From IMG/VR virus record IMGVR_UViG_3300020731_000015, positions 11,271-75,270 of that record: DNA of 64,000 nucleotides; one strand, 5' to 3'. The position numbers and the translations under genes were made by a program. Shown piece by piece: positions 1-9,265 of this stretch. Source of the DNA: a virus. The stretch's first letter is position 1. Each line of letters opens with the position of its first letter. The notes beneath the pieces were generated by a model. The model was not told the origin of the DNA. It worked only from the letters and a program-made list of their open reading frames with translations, and did not search any database.

Positions 1-33
1 GATTGATTCCTGTCGTGGACAGTTGGCTATCGT

Positions 34-663
34 ATGATTTCCGTAAGTGCTGATGACTTCCTACGAATCGTTGTAGGCGTTGACCCCGCTATGACGAGTG
101 GCGAGAACTCTGACGAGACCGGGATTATCGTTGCCGCATCAGGGCCGCATCAGCCAGATACTTGTAGTTTGGAACATTGTAAAGTTCACGGCTACATCTT
201 GGAAGATGCCACTATCCCTAGAGGGCAAAAGGCAACACCTGAAAAGTGGGCCACGAGAGTCGTAGAAGCCTTTGACGAGTGGAACGCTGGCGTTGTTGTT
301 GTAGAAAGCAACGCTGGTCACGAACTCTTGGAAATGACCCTACGCACGATTCGCCCGACCTTGCCAGTATTGCGACCCAATGCGGGCGAGGGAAAGCGGG
401 CTCGTGCTGAACCTATCGTGGCTCTTTACGAGCAGGGGCGAGTTCATCACTTAGGCGACCCAACACAGTTCGCTACTTTGGAAGAACAGATGACAACTTG
501 GGTTCCTGAAGCGGGCAAGCACAATTCACCAGACCGGCTTGATGCCCTTGTATGGGCATTGACCGAACTCAACCTGTCTGGGCGTAAGCCACGCAGGGCT
601 TTGCCTGATGTTATGCCTATAGATATGCCCCAGCCTAATGTGTGGCGAGGTATGAGCCTCTAA
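34..663 (+). CDS. terL: Terminase large subunit, C-terminal RNase H-like nuclease domain, apparently a separate ORF
   Basis: RIVVGVDPA, SDETGIIV, VVESNAG, GKRARAEPIVALYEQGRVHH and SPDRLDALVWA are typical TerL nuclease motifs. Its ATG overlaps the TGA of an upstream frame-2 ORF. Confidence 0.9.
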   Translation: MISVSADDFLRIVVGVDPAMTSGENSDETGIIVAASGPHQPDTCSLEHCKVHGYILEDATIPRGQKATPEKWATRVVEAFDEWNAGVVVVESNAGHELLEMTLRTIRPTLPVLRPNAGEGKRARAEPIVALYEQGRVHHLGDPTQFATLEEQMTTWVPEAGKHNSPDRLDALVWALTELNLSGRKPRRALPDVMPIDMPQPNVWRGMSL

Positions 664-902
664 ACGAGCGCGTAGTGAGCCTGTGTGCCGTTTCCTGACC
701 ATCTAGACCAGACTTGGGAGTATCCGACTATCCGAATCTTTCCGTCGCTCTCAAGGCGGTCTAGAAGCCAAGTTAGGCTCGGCTCAAAGATGTTTGTATC
801 GCTGCTGATTTCCTCAACCGACAATCCGTTGGGATTACGCTCTAGGTCGTTCAGAATCTTCTCTTGATTCGCTATGACCCACTCTGATTGGAGAGTATTC
901 AT
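660..902 (-). CDS. Small winged-helix DNA-binding protein
   Basis: GLSVEEIS...LTWLLDRLESDGKI wHTH-like pattern; coupled to the upstream gene. Confidence 0.55.
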   Translation of the reverse strand: MNTLQSEWVIANQEKILNDLERNPNGLSVEEISSDTNIFEPSLTWLLDRLESDGKIRIVGYSQVWSRWSGNGTQAHYALV

Positions 903-1306
903 AGTGGATTCCCATCAAAGTCCGTGACGGTAATTCTCAAGTAATCCTCGATATTGAGATTGGGAACGGTCACGCTCTCTTCGTAGGCGAGAAGCGTAGC
1001 GAGTTGCTCGTCTGTCAGACCAAGCGTTTCACCACCGAGGTTCGCGCCACCTGTGAAGATAACATTTCCGACCATAACATCAGTTGGGCCGTAGTTCTCT
1101 ACCCAAAGGGCGGTAGCCATAGGGTTCTGAACAATCTCGCCAGCGTATTTACCCTCTTCGTTGACCCACATATCTATACCGAGCGATGGCAGGTGGACAC
1201 GCTCAATAAATCCGCCTACGGCTTCGCTCAAAACATCTAGAGATGTCGCTTTGCTGAAATCAACAACTTCACGCTTGTTATCGGTAGATACCTTTAGGGC
1301 TTTCAT
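899..1306 (-). CDS. DUF3846-like phage protein
   Basis: LSEAVGGFIE...MWVNEEGK...NPMAT...MVGNVIFTG. Confidence 0.75.
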   Translation of the reverse strand: MKALKVSTDNKREVVDFSKATSLDVLSEAVGGFIERVHLPSLGIDMWVNEEGKYAGEIVQNPMATALWVENYGPTDVMVGNVIFTGGANLGGETLGLTDEQLATLLAYEESVTVPNLNIEDYLRITVTDFDGNPL

Positions 1307-1563
1307 TAGTTGCCCTGCTTTACGAAAGTGAGCGCGTAGGTGGCAAATCGCTTGCGGGCTAGTGCCGTGTTTTCGATTCCGTGAAAGACCTCTTTGAGAG
1401 CCGGGTCGCCGTTGCTGAAATCAAAATCCATAGCGAGGGTCACGCCAGTCTCATCAAGATAAAGTTCCCCACGAAGCGTTGAGCCATCGCTACGAACGAC
1501 CGATGACTCTAAGCACTTGATACCGGGAACCCATACTGGTTCGGTAATTGTTGTGTTTGGCAT
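1306..1563 (-). CDS. Hypothetical early protein
   Basis: AAAGGAG RBS and its own promoter upstream. Confidence 0.65.
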   Translation of the reverse strand: MPNTTITEPVWVPGIKCLESSVVRSDGSTLRGELYLDETGVTLAMDFDFSNGDPALKEVFHGIENTALARKRFATYALTFVKQGN

Positions 1564-1623
1564 TTGTATCTCCTTTATTTGCCTAACCCTAGTTTAGTGT
1601 CTAGGAACACCTCAAAGCAAGGG

Positions 1624-2031
1624 CTATTCGCCGCCCTCTATCTTCTCTACAAAGAAACGGAGTTTGCCCGCCTCTAGAGAATCAACAACCATTTTGTTTA
1701 GTTGGTTTGTAGCGTTTTGTAGATTGGCATTGACCTCATCATTTAGGCGAGTGGTCTTATCCAGCAGCAAGGCCGCTTGCTCGGAGTAGTCAGCGAGACT
1801 AATTTCCCCATCTAGATACTTCTTGAGCAAGACCGCCCCAAGTGATGAGTGAGTCGCTAGGTTCTCGTGCTTTTTATCCTTTGCTCGTTGCTGAAATGAA
1901 TACTCAACGGTCGCTACGAGATAGCCGAGTTTCTCGGCCTGATGCTCGATAGAGCCAAAGGTGGAAGAGTCGAACGAGTCGCTACTCACCGGCACTTTCG
2001 CCCTCTTCTGCCATACCAACGACACTCTCAA
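1624..2031 (-). CDS. Hypothetical protein (start uncertain)
   Basis: ORF within the minus-strand operon. Confidence 0.5.
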   Translation of the reverse strand: MRVSLVWQKRAKVPVSSDSFDSSTFGSIEHQAEKLGYLVATVEYSFQQRAKDKKHENLATHSSLGAVLLKKYLDGEISLADYSEQAALLLDKTTRLNDEVNANLQNATNQLNKMVVDSLEAGKLRFFVEKIEGGE

Positions 2032-2308
2032 GGTCTTCTACATACTCCTTGATTCGTTGCTCTAGGAACTTCAGCACGAAGTTAAACGAGTTGATAGCCC
2101 CGAACCTCTGTTGCCCCTCGGCGGTGTCTGTCGTGCCACCTGAAGTGACAACGGCATTGTGCTCGTCAGTCAGGTTATTGATATTGGCTACCAAGACATT
2201 GTGAATGAACATCAACTCTGCCCCAACCGCCGCTTCCTTGCTAGGCATAGCCTTAGCGGTTTCGGAGTTGGGGTAGGTGATATTCTCGTTAGTGGGTGCG
2301 TCGCTCAT
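1982..2308 (-). CDS. Hypothetical protein
   Basis: ATGA overlap with the upstream gene. Confidence 0.6.
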   Translation of the reverse strand: MSDAPTNENITYPNSETAKAMPSKEAAVGAELMFIHNVLVANINNLTDEHNAVVTSGGTTDTAEGQQRFGAINSFNFVLKFLEQRIKEYVEDLESVVGMAEEGESAGE

Positions 2309-2691
2309 TCTTTGAGGCTATCGGCTTTGGGTAGAACGGTCAAGTTCGCCGGTTCCTTGTGGACTCCGAAAGCCCGGTTAAATAGTTCGTGGATGTCCAT
2401 AGCCTCAACCTCGGCTGGTGAATCCTCGTCATCTGACTCGTAGTGAGCGCAAGTGTCATCGTGTTGCCAAGCGTAGAACTCCGTGTTGGGAGTGTTGCCG
2501 AGCCAACGGTCATCTTCGGGGGTCTTCGCCCAGTCCGCATAACTCTCGCAGCAATTCTCGTAGGCAACCAAGACCTCTGCTGAAACGGTCTTGTCGCTAG
2601 AACTAAGCAAGTAGTTGTAGTTCCAAGTGGATGGGTCGGTGTCGCTCTCAACTTCGAGAACAACCACATACTTCTTCTTATTGGTATCCAT
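2305..2691 (-). CDS. Hypothetical acidic protein
   Basis: AAAGGAGA RBS and an early-type promoter element at 2706-2720. Confidence 0.65.
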   Translation of the reverse strand: MDTNKKKYVVVLEVESDTDPSTWNYNYLLSSSDKTVSAEVLVAYENCCESYADWAKTPEDDRWLGNTPNTEFYAWQHDDTCAHYESDDEDSPAEVEAMDIHELFNRAFGVHKEPANLTVLPKADSLKE

Positions 2692-2728
2692 AGGTATCTC
2701 CTTTACTAAACCCTACTCTACTAGTGTA

Positions 2729-3664
2729 TCAGGCCGCTGTGACAGTCGAGCGGATTTCCTCGCCTAGAACGACAGAATCCCCGTTATCAAAGGAAAGTGT
2801 CACGGGTCCGATTTCCTCGGCCAACTTCGTAAGGCGATTGGTGATTTCTCTTTCTAGTTCGCCCAAGAACTTCTTGTAGATAGTCAAGATAATTCGCCGG
2901 GAAGACTGAATCGCTTGCTCGAAGTCTGTTTCGATTAGGCAACCGTTGGGAAGCAACCGACTGATGTAGTCGTTGTTAGGGGTGCTGAAATGCTGGGCGG
3001 CCTTACTAAAAATTGTGTAGCGATGTGAGCCCAACTTGACCTTGTAGCGGGTATCCATTTCGCCGTTATTTCCAAATTGGATAAACGGAGTAATCGTCAA
3101 CAAAGTAATGTCCATTCGAGGAACGCCAACGAGGACTAACTCGCCGCTAGTAGATGGCTCGACCACTACCCCTTGCTGATTTATTTTCTCAATGTGCCAA
3201 ACAATTTTGTTGTAGTCAGCCACGAGGGTATCAACGCTTTCCGTAGGGAACACTCCGTATCCGCCACTACTACCAGTCATAAGCCGAAGGGCGGGGAGAA
3301 TCGTGCTATTGACCCGATTGGCGCGAAAAGATGCGATTGCTTCTTCCATATCTTTTAAGAACCGAGTCAGGGCTCGCTTTACAACTGGTGAAGCGTTCTG
3401 CTTTTCTCTAAAGGCATCTTCTTTGGCTGCCACGACATCATCAACGAGCAAGAAAGTATTACCGCCCCGATAGAACTGGTCGCAGTCGTAGTCAAGAACA
3501 TCAGCAACGGTGTATCCGCTACCAGCGGGCATACAAACCTTGATTGGGGGCAAAACCCCAGAGGCTTCATCTCGCTCGGCCTTTTGCCGACCATACGCCG
3601 TAATCTGTCTGATTATTGGGTTTAGGTCTTTTGTGATTTGGATTCCCTTTGGAAAATTAGTCAT
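2729..3664 (-). CDS. Hypothetical protein, probable start MTNFPK at 3664
   Basis: AAGGAG RBS upstream of ATG 3664; last gene of the amidoligase operon. Confidence 0.6.
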   Translation of the reverse strand: MTNFPKGIQITKDLNPIIRQITAYGRQKAERDEASGVLPPIKVCMPAGSGYTVADVLDYDCDQFYRGGNTFLLVDDVVAAKEDAFREKQNASPVVKRALTRFLKDMEEAIASFRANRVNSTILPALRLMTGSSGGYGVFPTESVDTLVADYNKIVWHIEKINQQGVVVEPSTSGELVLVGVPRMDITLLTITPFIQFGNNGEMDTRYKVKLGSHRYTIFSKAAQHFSTPNNDYISRLLPNGCLIETDFEQAIQSSRRIILTIYKKFLGELEREITNRLTKLAEEIGPVTLSFDNGDSVVLGEEIRSTVTAA

Positions 3665-3983
3665 TGTTCTCAATCTCCTTTTGGTGAAATGACTCGTAAA
3701 AATCTCTGGCTTCTGTGAGCACATCAGGCAAGGGCTTGCCAGTCACGCTCAACCTAATAACGCCATACTCGGCTAGACCGATAAGGAACTCTTCTTCGGT
3801 TAGGTCGGGGTCAATGATTACTCCATACTGAACCCACACCCGATAGGCGATTCCCCGCTTGGGATACTTGGCGTCGGCGGGCGAATACGAACGCTCACCG
3901 ATAATCGCTAGAACATCGAAAGCCGATGGGGCAGTGATAGTTTCACCACCCCATACGACTTTCCAAGTGGCTTCCTTACGCAT
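3657..3983 (-). CDS. Hypothetical protein in the amidoligase operon
   Basis: TAATG coupling to the GATase gene. Confidence 0.6.
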   Translation of the reverse strand: MRKEATWKVVWGGETITAPSAFDVLAIIGERSYSPADAKYPKRGIAYRVWVQYGVIIDPDLTEEEFLIGLAEYGVIRLSVTGKPLPDVLTEARDFYESFHQKEIENND

Positions 3984-4711
3984 TAGGCAATCGCTTTCAG
4001 ACTCTCGCCAATCTTGCGAACATCAAGAATATTGCCGTTGCGGATTCGCATATAGGTATAAGGCTTGATATTTTCTATCCACTCCAACTTCACGCCAGCA
4101 TCCTCGCAAGCGTTCACTAGCAAGGGGATAGTGGAAGCGAATACCAACGAACCCTTTGGGGTCACGCCGATAGCAAGTGGTGAATCGGTCACACGGGCAA
4201 GGTGTAGGTCACGCTTATCCTTGGCATCGAACCACGCTAAGGCGGCCCGACCCTTGAGAGACTTCAGAACCTTGTTAGGGGCGTGAACCGTGTTGGCAAG
4301 CAAGGCAAACGCCGCTTCGCTATCCACTTCACCATAACGCTCGCAGCGTAGGGTGTCGAAGATTGCGTTGTCATTCGCCAAGTGTCCGTTGTGAACCCCC
4401 ACGACCCGGCCCGAAACAATCGGGTGGTTGTTGAGGTTGTCCTGTGGTGAACCCTGCGTAGCGTAGCGAGTGTGAAGGATAGCCCTACGAGTATCCGTAG
4501 GCATCTCCGCCAAGTATGGCTCAAACTCCCAAGCGGGGACAGGGGCCTTACTAACAGCGATAGAAGCCTTTTTGTTGCCGTCCTTGAATACCCACGCCGC
4601 ACCGGTGGCGTGTTCACCACGCTCAACGATTTGATTTAGTAGGCACTCGGATAGAAGTTGGGCATCTATCTTTTCGTTTTGCGTGAAGCAAAATCCAGCA
4701 ATTCCACACAT
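3983..4711 (-). CDS. Class II (Ntn) glutamine amidotransferase
   Basis: N-terminal MCGIAG, RG..ATG, HTRYATQG, NNHP, HNG, VDSE. Confidence 0.9.
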   Translation of the reverse strand: MCGIAGFCFTQNEKIDAQLLSECLLNQIVERGEHATGAAWVFKDGNKKASIAVSKAPVPAWEFEPYLAEMPTDTRRAILHTRYATQGSPQDNLNNHPIVSGRVVGVHNGHLANDNAIFDTLRCERYGEVDSEAAFALLANTVHAPNKVLKSLKGRAALAWFDAKDKRDLHLARVTDSPLAIGVTPKGSLVFASTIPLLVNACEDAGVKLEWIENIKPYTYMRIRNGNILDVRKIGESLKAIA

Positions 4712-4722
4712 TGTTATCTCCT

Positions 4723-5820
4723 TTAGTTAGATGTTGCTCGTGCGCGGGCTTCGTCACGGCTACGCTCTAAGCGCTCGGCGCGACGGGTGAGGAAAGTGCG
4801 AGTCTCCGAGTGGAGTGGCAAGCCGTTCAGCAATCCGTCAAGGGAAGTGAGGTCGGTTGCCGTGTCCATAGTGACTGACTTCTCAACCATAGCCATAAGG
4901 AACTTGACCCACGAAGTCACCTTTTCGCCGTTGAGCGTTCCTTGGTGCTGACGGAACTCAACGGTTCCATACTTGGCGTAGGAAGCAAGGTTGACAGCGT
5001 GGTAGCGGTCGTAGTGGCTAAGCGTTGGGCGCAAGCGGCGAGTGTCGCTCGCACTATCAGCGTTCTCAAACGCCACCACAGTATTGCTATTGCGAGTGTA
5101 GCGGTCCATCGGCTGGCAGTAGATATTGGTCCAACGACTACGAGCAATCAACTTGTTGATGTGCTCTTGGTTGGCCGAGTAGAGGTCAAGGGTCTTGACA
5201 ATCTGCTTCCCGGTCAAACCGTCCATACCGATATGAATGTGTAAGCCACAAGTTTTGTCGGTCTTACCACCGGCGTTCTGTAGGGCGTTGACCGCTTTGG
5301 CAGCGAGAACCAATCCCTCTTCACCTCGTAGGACTGGCGAAACCAATTCCATACCACGACCAAGACCCGTGCCACGACCGTTAACGCTCTGGTCGTAAAC
5401 CAACTTCCAACCGCTAACGGTGTTAGTCGAGACATCGTGGTTGTAGCCAACATAAGGGGCGGTGATTCCGATAGCGGCGAGAGCGGCCGTTGCTTCGGTA
5501 GGTGTGATACCGAAGAACTCCGCTTCGAAACCGAAAGTGCGGTTCGAGGGAAGCATAGGGAACTCACCGTTAGCCACCGAGTAGTCGGTAGTGGTGCTGT
5601 TGCCAAGTGCCATACGGCGGGCTACCGCACGAACGGCCTCGGCTGCTGATTGTGCCTTTGGATTGCCGAGCGCGTCAACATAACCGAGTTGGCGGGCAAT
5701 CTCAATGTATGACACTCCGTTTTGGCGAAGCGTGTAGGCCGCTTCTTGGCGCAAGCGAGTTGCTGCGCGTGAGCGGTCAATGTTCGACCAGTTGTAATTG
5801 TTAGGCCGGTTCTGTGGCAT
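4723..5820 (-). CDS. Putative amidoligase (COOH-NH2 ligase type 2) with an N-terminal HTH
   Basis: RTFGFEAEF, WKLVYDQSV, MELVSPVL, TCGLHIHIG, RYHAVNL, GTVEFRQHQGT; N-terminal AYTLRQNGVSYIEIARQLGY. Confidence 0.88.
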   Translation of the reverse strand: MPQNRPNNYNWSNIDRSRAATRLRQEAAYTLRQNGVSYIEIARQLGYVDALGNPKAQSAAEAVRAVARRMALGNSTTTDYSVANGEFPMLPSNRTFGFEAEFFGITPTEATAALAAIGITAPYVGYNHDVSTNTVSGWKLVYDQSVNGRGTGLGRGMELVSPVLRGEEGLVLAAKAVNALQNAGGKTDKTCGLHIHIGMDGLTGKQIVKTLDLYSANQEHINKLIARSRWTNIYCQPMDRYTRNSNTVVAFENADSASDTRRLRPTLSHYDRYHAVNLASYAKYGTVEFRQHQGTLNGEKVTSWVKFLMAMVEKSVTMDTATDLTSLDGLLNGLPLHSETRTFLTRRAERLERSRDEARARATSN

Positions 5821-5863
5821 CGGTGTCTCCTTTTTCCTTTTGTTTATCCGACAACTAAACCTT

Positions 5864-5990
5864 ACTATAGTTTGGAAACCAATGTCAAGTCAATTTGGAA
5901 AAAACTTCTAAAGCCTTGTAAATAAAGGGTTTTGGGGCTTTACCAACTTTTCCAAACAATCCTTGACCCCCGAACCCCACTCTAGTATTA
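5864..5990. promoter_or_regulatory. Divergent sigma-A-type promoters
   Basis: Minus strand TTGACT-N18-TATAGT; plus strand TTGACC-N17-TATTAT starting at 5963; CCTTGTAAATAAAGGG lies between them. Confidence 0.7.
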
Positions 5991-6022
5991 TGGATTCTGT
6001 CGGATACAACAAAGGAGACACT

Positions 6023-6310
6023 ATGCGACAGGTATCACCAAACAAAAGGAAGCGCGGCAACGAGTGGACTAGCACGATTTGGGGCTGGTCGGCGTTCTTG
6101 GGCTTCTTGGAATTGCGAATTGCGATGCACTTCTACAAGTCAATCAACCTCAACACCTTTGGTGCTGAAGCCCGGCTCGCAGTTGTGTATGGCGGGCTCA
6201 CGGCTCTGACGGCAATCGTTATCGCCGGGATTTGCTCGGAGGTTCGTATCGTTCGCCGCCGTGCCGAGCAAAAGATTTTGGCGAAAGCCAACAAAACTTT
6301 AATCAAGTAG
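6023..6310 (+). CDS. Small membrane protein
   Basis: AAAGGAGACACT-ATG at 6023; two hydrophobic segments. Confidence 0.65.
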   Translation: MRQVSPNKRKRGNEWTSTIWGWSAFLGFLELRIAMHFYKSINLNTFGAEARLAVVYGGLTALTAIVIAGICSEVRIVRRRAEQKILAKANKTLIK

Positions 6311-6350
6311 GTATCACCTAGTAGCCCCCTACATACTAGAGTGGGGGGCT

Positions 6351-6968
6351 ATGGGTGGACCCACAAAAGGCATAGCATCATTTGAGGAACGGCAGGCTAC
6401 CGAAGCCCGCGCGTTGCCTATTATCAGGCGATACATCAACTCGCTTGACTTCACCCTCGACCTAGAAGATGTAGATGTCGAAACGCAAAAATCTGACGAC
6501 ATAGATTTCTATTGGATTCGCTCTAACAAGGGCAAACACGAAACAATCACTATTGAGGTCAAAGCGGATACGAAAATAGCCGGGAGTGGGAACTTTGCTT
6601 TCGAGACAATCAGCAACGAGATAAAGTTCACGCAAGGTTGCTTTATGCGAAGCAAGGCCGACTACTTCTACTACTTCGCTCTCGAAACTAATGAACTTTG
6701 GATTTTCCCGCTTGATGTAGTTCGCCAGTGGTTTATTCGTGAGATGAGTAGCCGACCCAATCGCTTTCCACAATTTAGGACTCATACACGGATTGCTTAC
6801 AATAAGTTCTACACGGCTCGTGGCTACCTAGTTCCTATCGTAGAACTCCAACAGGCCTTTGGAACGGAACTTCGGTATCGTGACCTAAGTGCGTTCGCAA
6901 CCGTGCCATCACCAAAAGAAACGATTATGTCCGTATTCGGCTCTAGTGCGAAAGTAGTCGAGGAATAA
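6351..6968 (+). CDS. PD-(D/E)xK nuclease-like protein
   Basis: DIDF...TIEVKAD...NFAFE...KADY. Confidence 0.6.
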   Translation: MGGPTKGIASFEERQATEARALPIIRRYINSLDFTLDLEDVDVETQKSDDIDFYWIRSNKGKHETITIEVKADTKIAGSGNFAFETISNEIKFTQGCFMRSKADYFYYFALETNELWIFPLDVVRQWFIREMSSRPNRFPQFRTHTRIAYNKFYTARGYLVPIVELQQAFGTELRYRDLSAFATVPSPKETIMSVFGSSAKVVEE

Positions 6969-7147
6969 TGACCCCATCACAGCGCCGACACTATCGGGCG
7001 AAGCACACACCACGTTGGAACGAACAAACGCCTAGAGGCGAATACCAATGCTTAGAGTGCGAAAAGCAATACCCTTGCGACGTTGCCGAGTTGTTGGACT
7101 ACCTAGACATCGTTGAGCCACTACCGAAAGTAGTCGAGGAATAATGA
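6949..7147 (+). repeat. 23-bp direct repeat CGAAAGTAGTCGAGGAATAATGA at 6949-6971 and 7125-7147
   Basis: Exact match read from the sequence. Confidence 0.9.
6968..7144 (+). CDS. 58-aa Cys/His protein (not in the ORF track)
   Basis: MTPSQRRHYRAKH...CLECEKQYPC...KVVEE; TAATG-coupled on both sides. Confidence 0.65.
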   Translation: MTPSQRRHYRAKHTPRWNEQTPRGEYQCLECEKQYPCDVAELLDYLDIVEPLPKVVEE

Positions 7148-7731
7148 AACTCTCCGAACTACAGGAACTCGCTCTAATCACCACTCTCTATCCTTGGGAG
7201 AACGAAGCGGCTATCGCCGTAGGCAAGGGCAGAACCCAGCAAAATCTAACCAAGAGCAATCGCCACTCCTACGATGAATCAAAGTTGATGGCGGATAACG
7301 AGTTGGCGAATATCCACTCGGCCGCTGCTGAAATCGGTTCGTTCCGTTTGATAGGCGGATATTGCTTTAATGGAATCTGGCTCAAGGAAGACCACGCCAA
7401 GTATCGGGAACTACCTGACGGCTTGCTAGGTGCTACCGAGGTGGAAATCAAGTGGCGTAGGAACGCCCATTCAATGCCGGTTGACCTAAAGGACTCCGAG
7501 CGCAACCGACTAGTTCTATGGGCCGAGAGTCGCATAGCGGGCTGTGTCTGCGAGGTATGTGCTGATTACCCACCGCGCCCGGCCACGAAAGTTCGCCTAC
7601 TAGGTGGGGGCTGGGCTCGAGAACTCTACCCACTCGGAACGGCATACAACGGCGACCCAAAGCGAGTAAAAGTCTCCGTTAACGAACTAACCCCTATCTC
7701 ACTACTTCTTTCTAACGAGGTGAAAGTATGA
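7144..7731 (+). CDS. Hypothetical protein, possibly PD-(D/E)xK-like
   Basis: AAAEIG...LPDG...EVEIKW pattern. Confidence 0.5.
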   Translation: MKLSELQELALITTLYPWENEAAIAVGKGRTQQNLTKSNRHSYDESKLMADNELANIHSAAAEIGSFRLIGGYCFNGIWLKEDHAKYRELPDGLLGATEVEIKWRRNAHSMPVDLKDSERNRLVLWAESRIAGCVCEVCADYPPRPATKVRLLGGGWARELYPLGTAYNGDPKRVKVSVNELTPISLLLSNEVKV

Positions 7732-8834
7732 AACTCTCCCTAGCGATGATTGTCCGGGATAACGAAAGTGTCTTGGGCCAGACTTTGGAATCAATCCAGT
7801 CCTTTGTTGATGAAATCATTATCGTTGACACGGGCTCACTAGACAATACGAAAGCCGTTGCTGAATCGTATGGGGCAAAGGTCTATGACTTCGAGTGGAT
7901 AGACGACTTCGCCGCAGCAAGAAACTTCTCGTTCGAGAAAGCCACGAATGATTGGGTTATGTGGCTAGATAGTGGTGATATCGTTCCGCCCAACTCCGCC
8001 AAGATAATTATCTCGGAGTTTAAGAACAACCCTTTCTTCAATAATCCAAATACGGATGCTGAGGGCGCGATGTTCCGTATGAATCGCCTAATCACTGACG
8101 AGGGCGAAGTAATCAGTTGGTATATGATTTGCCGAATCGCTCGCAAATCAGCAGGGGCTAAGTGGGTAGAGCCAATCCACGAAACACTAGCGACCGACAA
8201 CAATCGCTTCTACGGAATCGACACGGCCTATGTAAATGACCCGCTCGCTATCCATCAGGGCGTATCAGACCGAAACCTCAATATCTTGCTACGCCTACGC
8301 GCTCGAGAAGAGGTATCCACCCGAACCCATTACTACTTGGGCCAAGAACTCGTAGCCCATCAGCGACTTGACGAGGCTATCCCAGAGTTCCTATCGGTTT
8401 TGGAAAAGCAGGACTACACCTACCAACGCTATGTCTCACTAATGAACCTAGCGATGATTTACTTCGCCAAGCAGGACTTCGGCAAGTATGTGGAGTATCT
8501 CCTACAGGCGGCGTTCTTCGATTCTTCCAAACCTGATGCCTTTATCAACTTAGGTGATGTGTTCTTTAACAACAGCGACTGGCTCAAGGCTATGCCGTTC
8601 TACAAAGCCACTATCGGTATGAAGCCGATTAGCGATGGCTCGCAAGCCAACGAACACTTCTACGGCTACTACCCGCACGGCAAGTTGGGCTTCTGTTATC
8701 TCGGCTTAGGTGATAACAAGCAAGCGCTCTACCACTTTAAGGAAGCGGCCCGAACCTCGGCGGGGGAAATCAAAGATAAGTATATGAAACTCGTTAGAGA
8801 TTTCACCTTAGAGAGAAAGAACAAAAAGAAATGA
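7728..8834 (+). CDS. GT2-family glycosyltransferase with TPR repeats
   Basis: LSLAMIVRD, VDTGSLD, DDFAAARN, WLDSGD, IHE; C-terminal TPR helices. Confidence 0.88.
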   Translation: MKLSLAMIVRDNESVLGQTLESIQSFVDEIIIVDTGSLDNTKAVAESYGAKVYDFEWIDDFAAARNFSFEKATNDWVMWLDSGDIVPPNSAKIIISEFKNNPFFNNPNTDAEGAMFRMNRLITDEGEVISWYMICRIARKSAGAKWVEPIHETLATDNNRFYGIDTAYVNDPLAIHQGVSDRNLNILLRLRAREEVSTRTHYYLGQELVAHQRLDEAIPEFLSVLEKQDYTYQRYVSLMNLAMIYFAKQDFGKYVEYLLQAAFFDSSKPDAFINLGDVFFNNSDWLKAMPFYKATIGMKPISDGSQANEHFYGYYPHGKLGFCYLGLGDNKQALYHFKEAARTSAGEIKDKYMKLVRDFTLERKNKKK

Positions 8835-9265
8835 GACTTTTACTAGAGGTAGATAAGAATGTCGGCAAGATTCGACTGGCTCGTGCCAACGAAGAGGGCT
8901 TCTTAGTTAGTCAGCGCGATATCGCCACTATCGAGAACTCCGATACAGATGCGAACCGAGTAGCGGCACTCAAGGTAGCGAAAGTCTATGGCTGGGCTCA
9001 AGCCGATGAGTGGGGAACTAACGAAGACGGAACTATCAATTGGTGCTATGTAGAACCGACCCCAATCAAGATTTCGTTTGTCGGTGCTGATATCCCAAAC
9101 GAACTCGCACTTGCCTACGCTAAGGCCGCCGATTACAAGGTCACATCAGTTATTGACCGAGAGCCGTTGCCTGACGAGGGCAAGATTGCCTTTACCTTTA
9201 CGATTAACGAACCGCACGGCTGGTCATACGAGTCGTTCACAACCAACGAACCTTTCGATGTATAA
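8831..9265 (+). CDS. Hypothetical protein
   Basis: ATGA overlap with the glycosyltransferase gene. Confidence 0.6.
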   Translation: MRLLLEVDKNVGKIRLARANEEGFLVSQRDIATIENSDTDANRVAALKVAKVYGWAQADEWGTNEDGTINWCYVEPTPIKISFVGADIPNELALAYAKAADYKVTSVIDREPLPDEGKIAFTFTINEPHGWSYESFTTNEPFDV

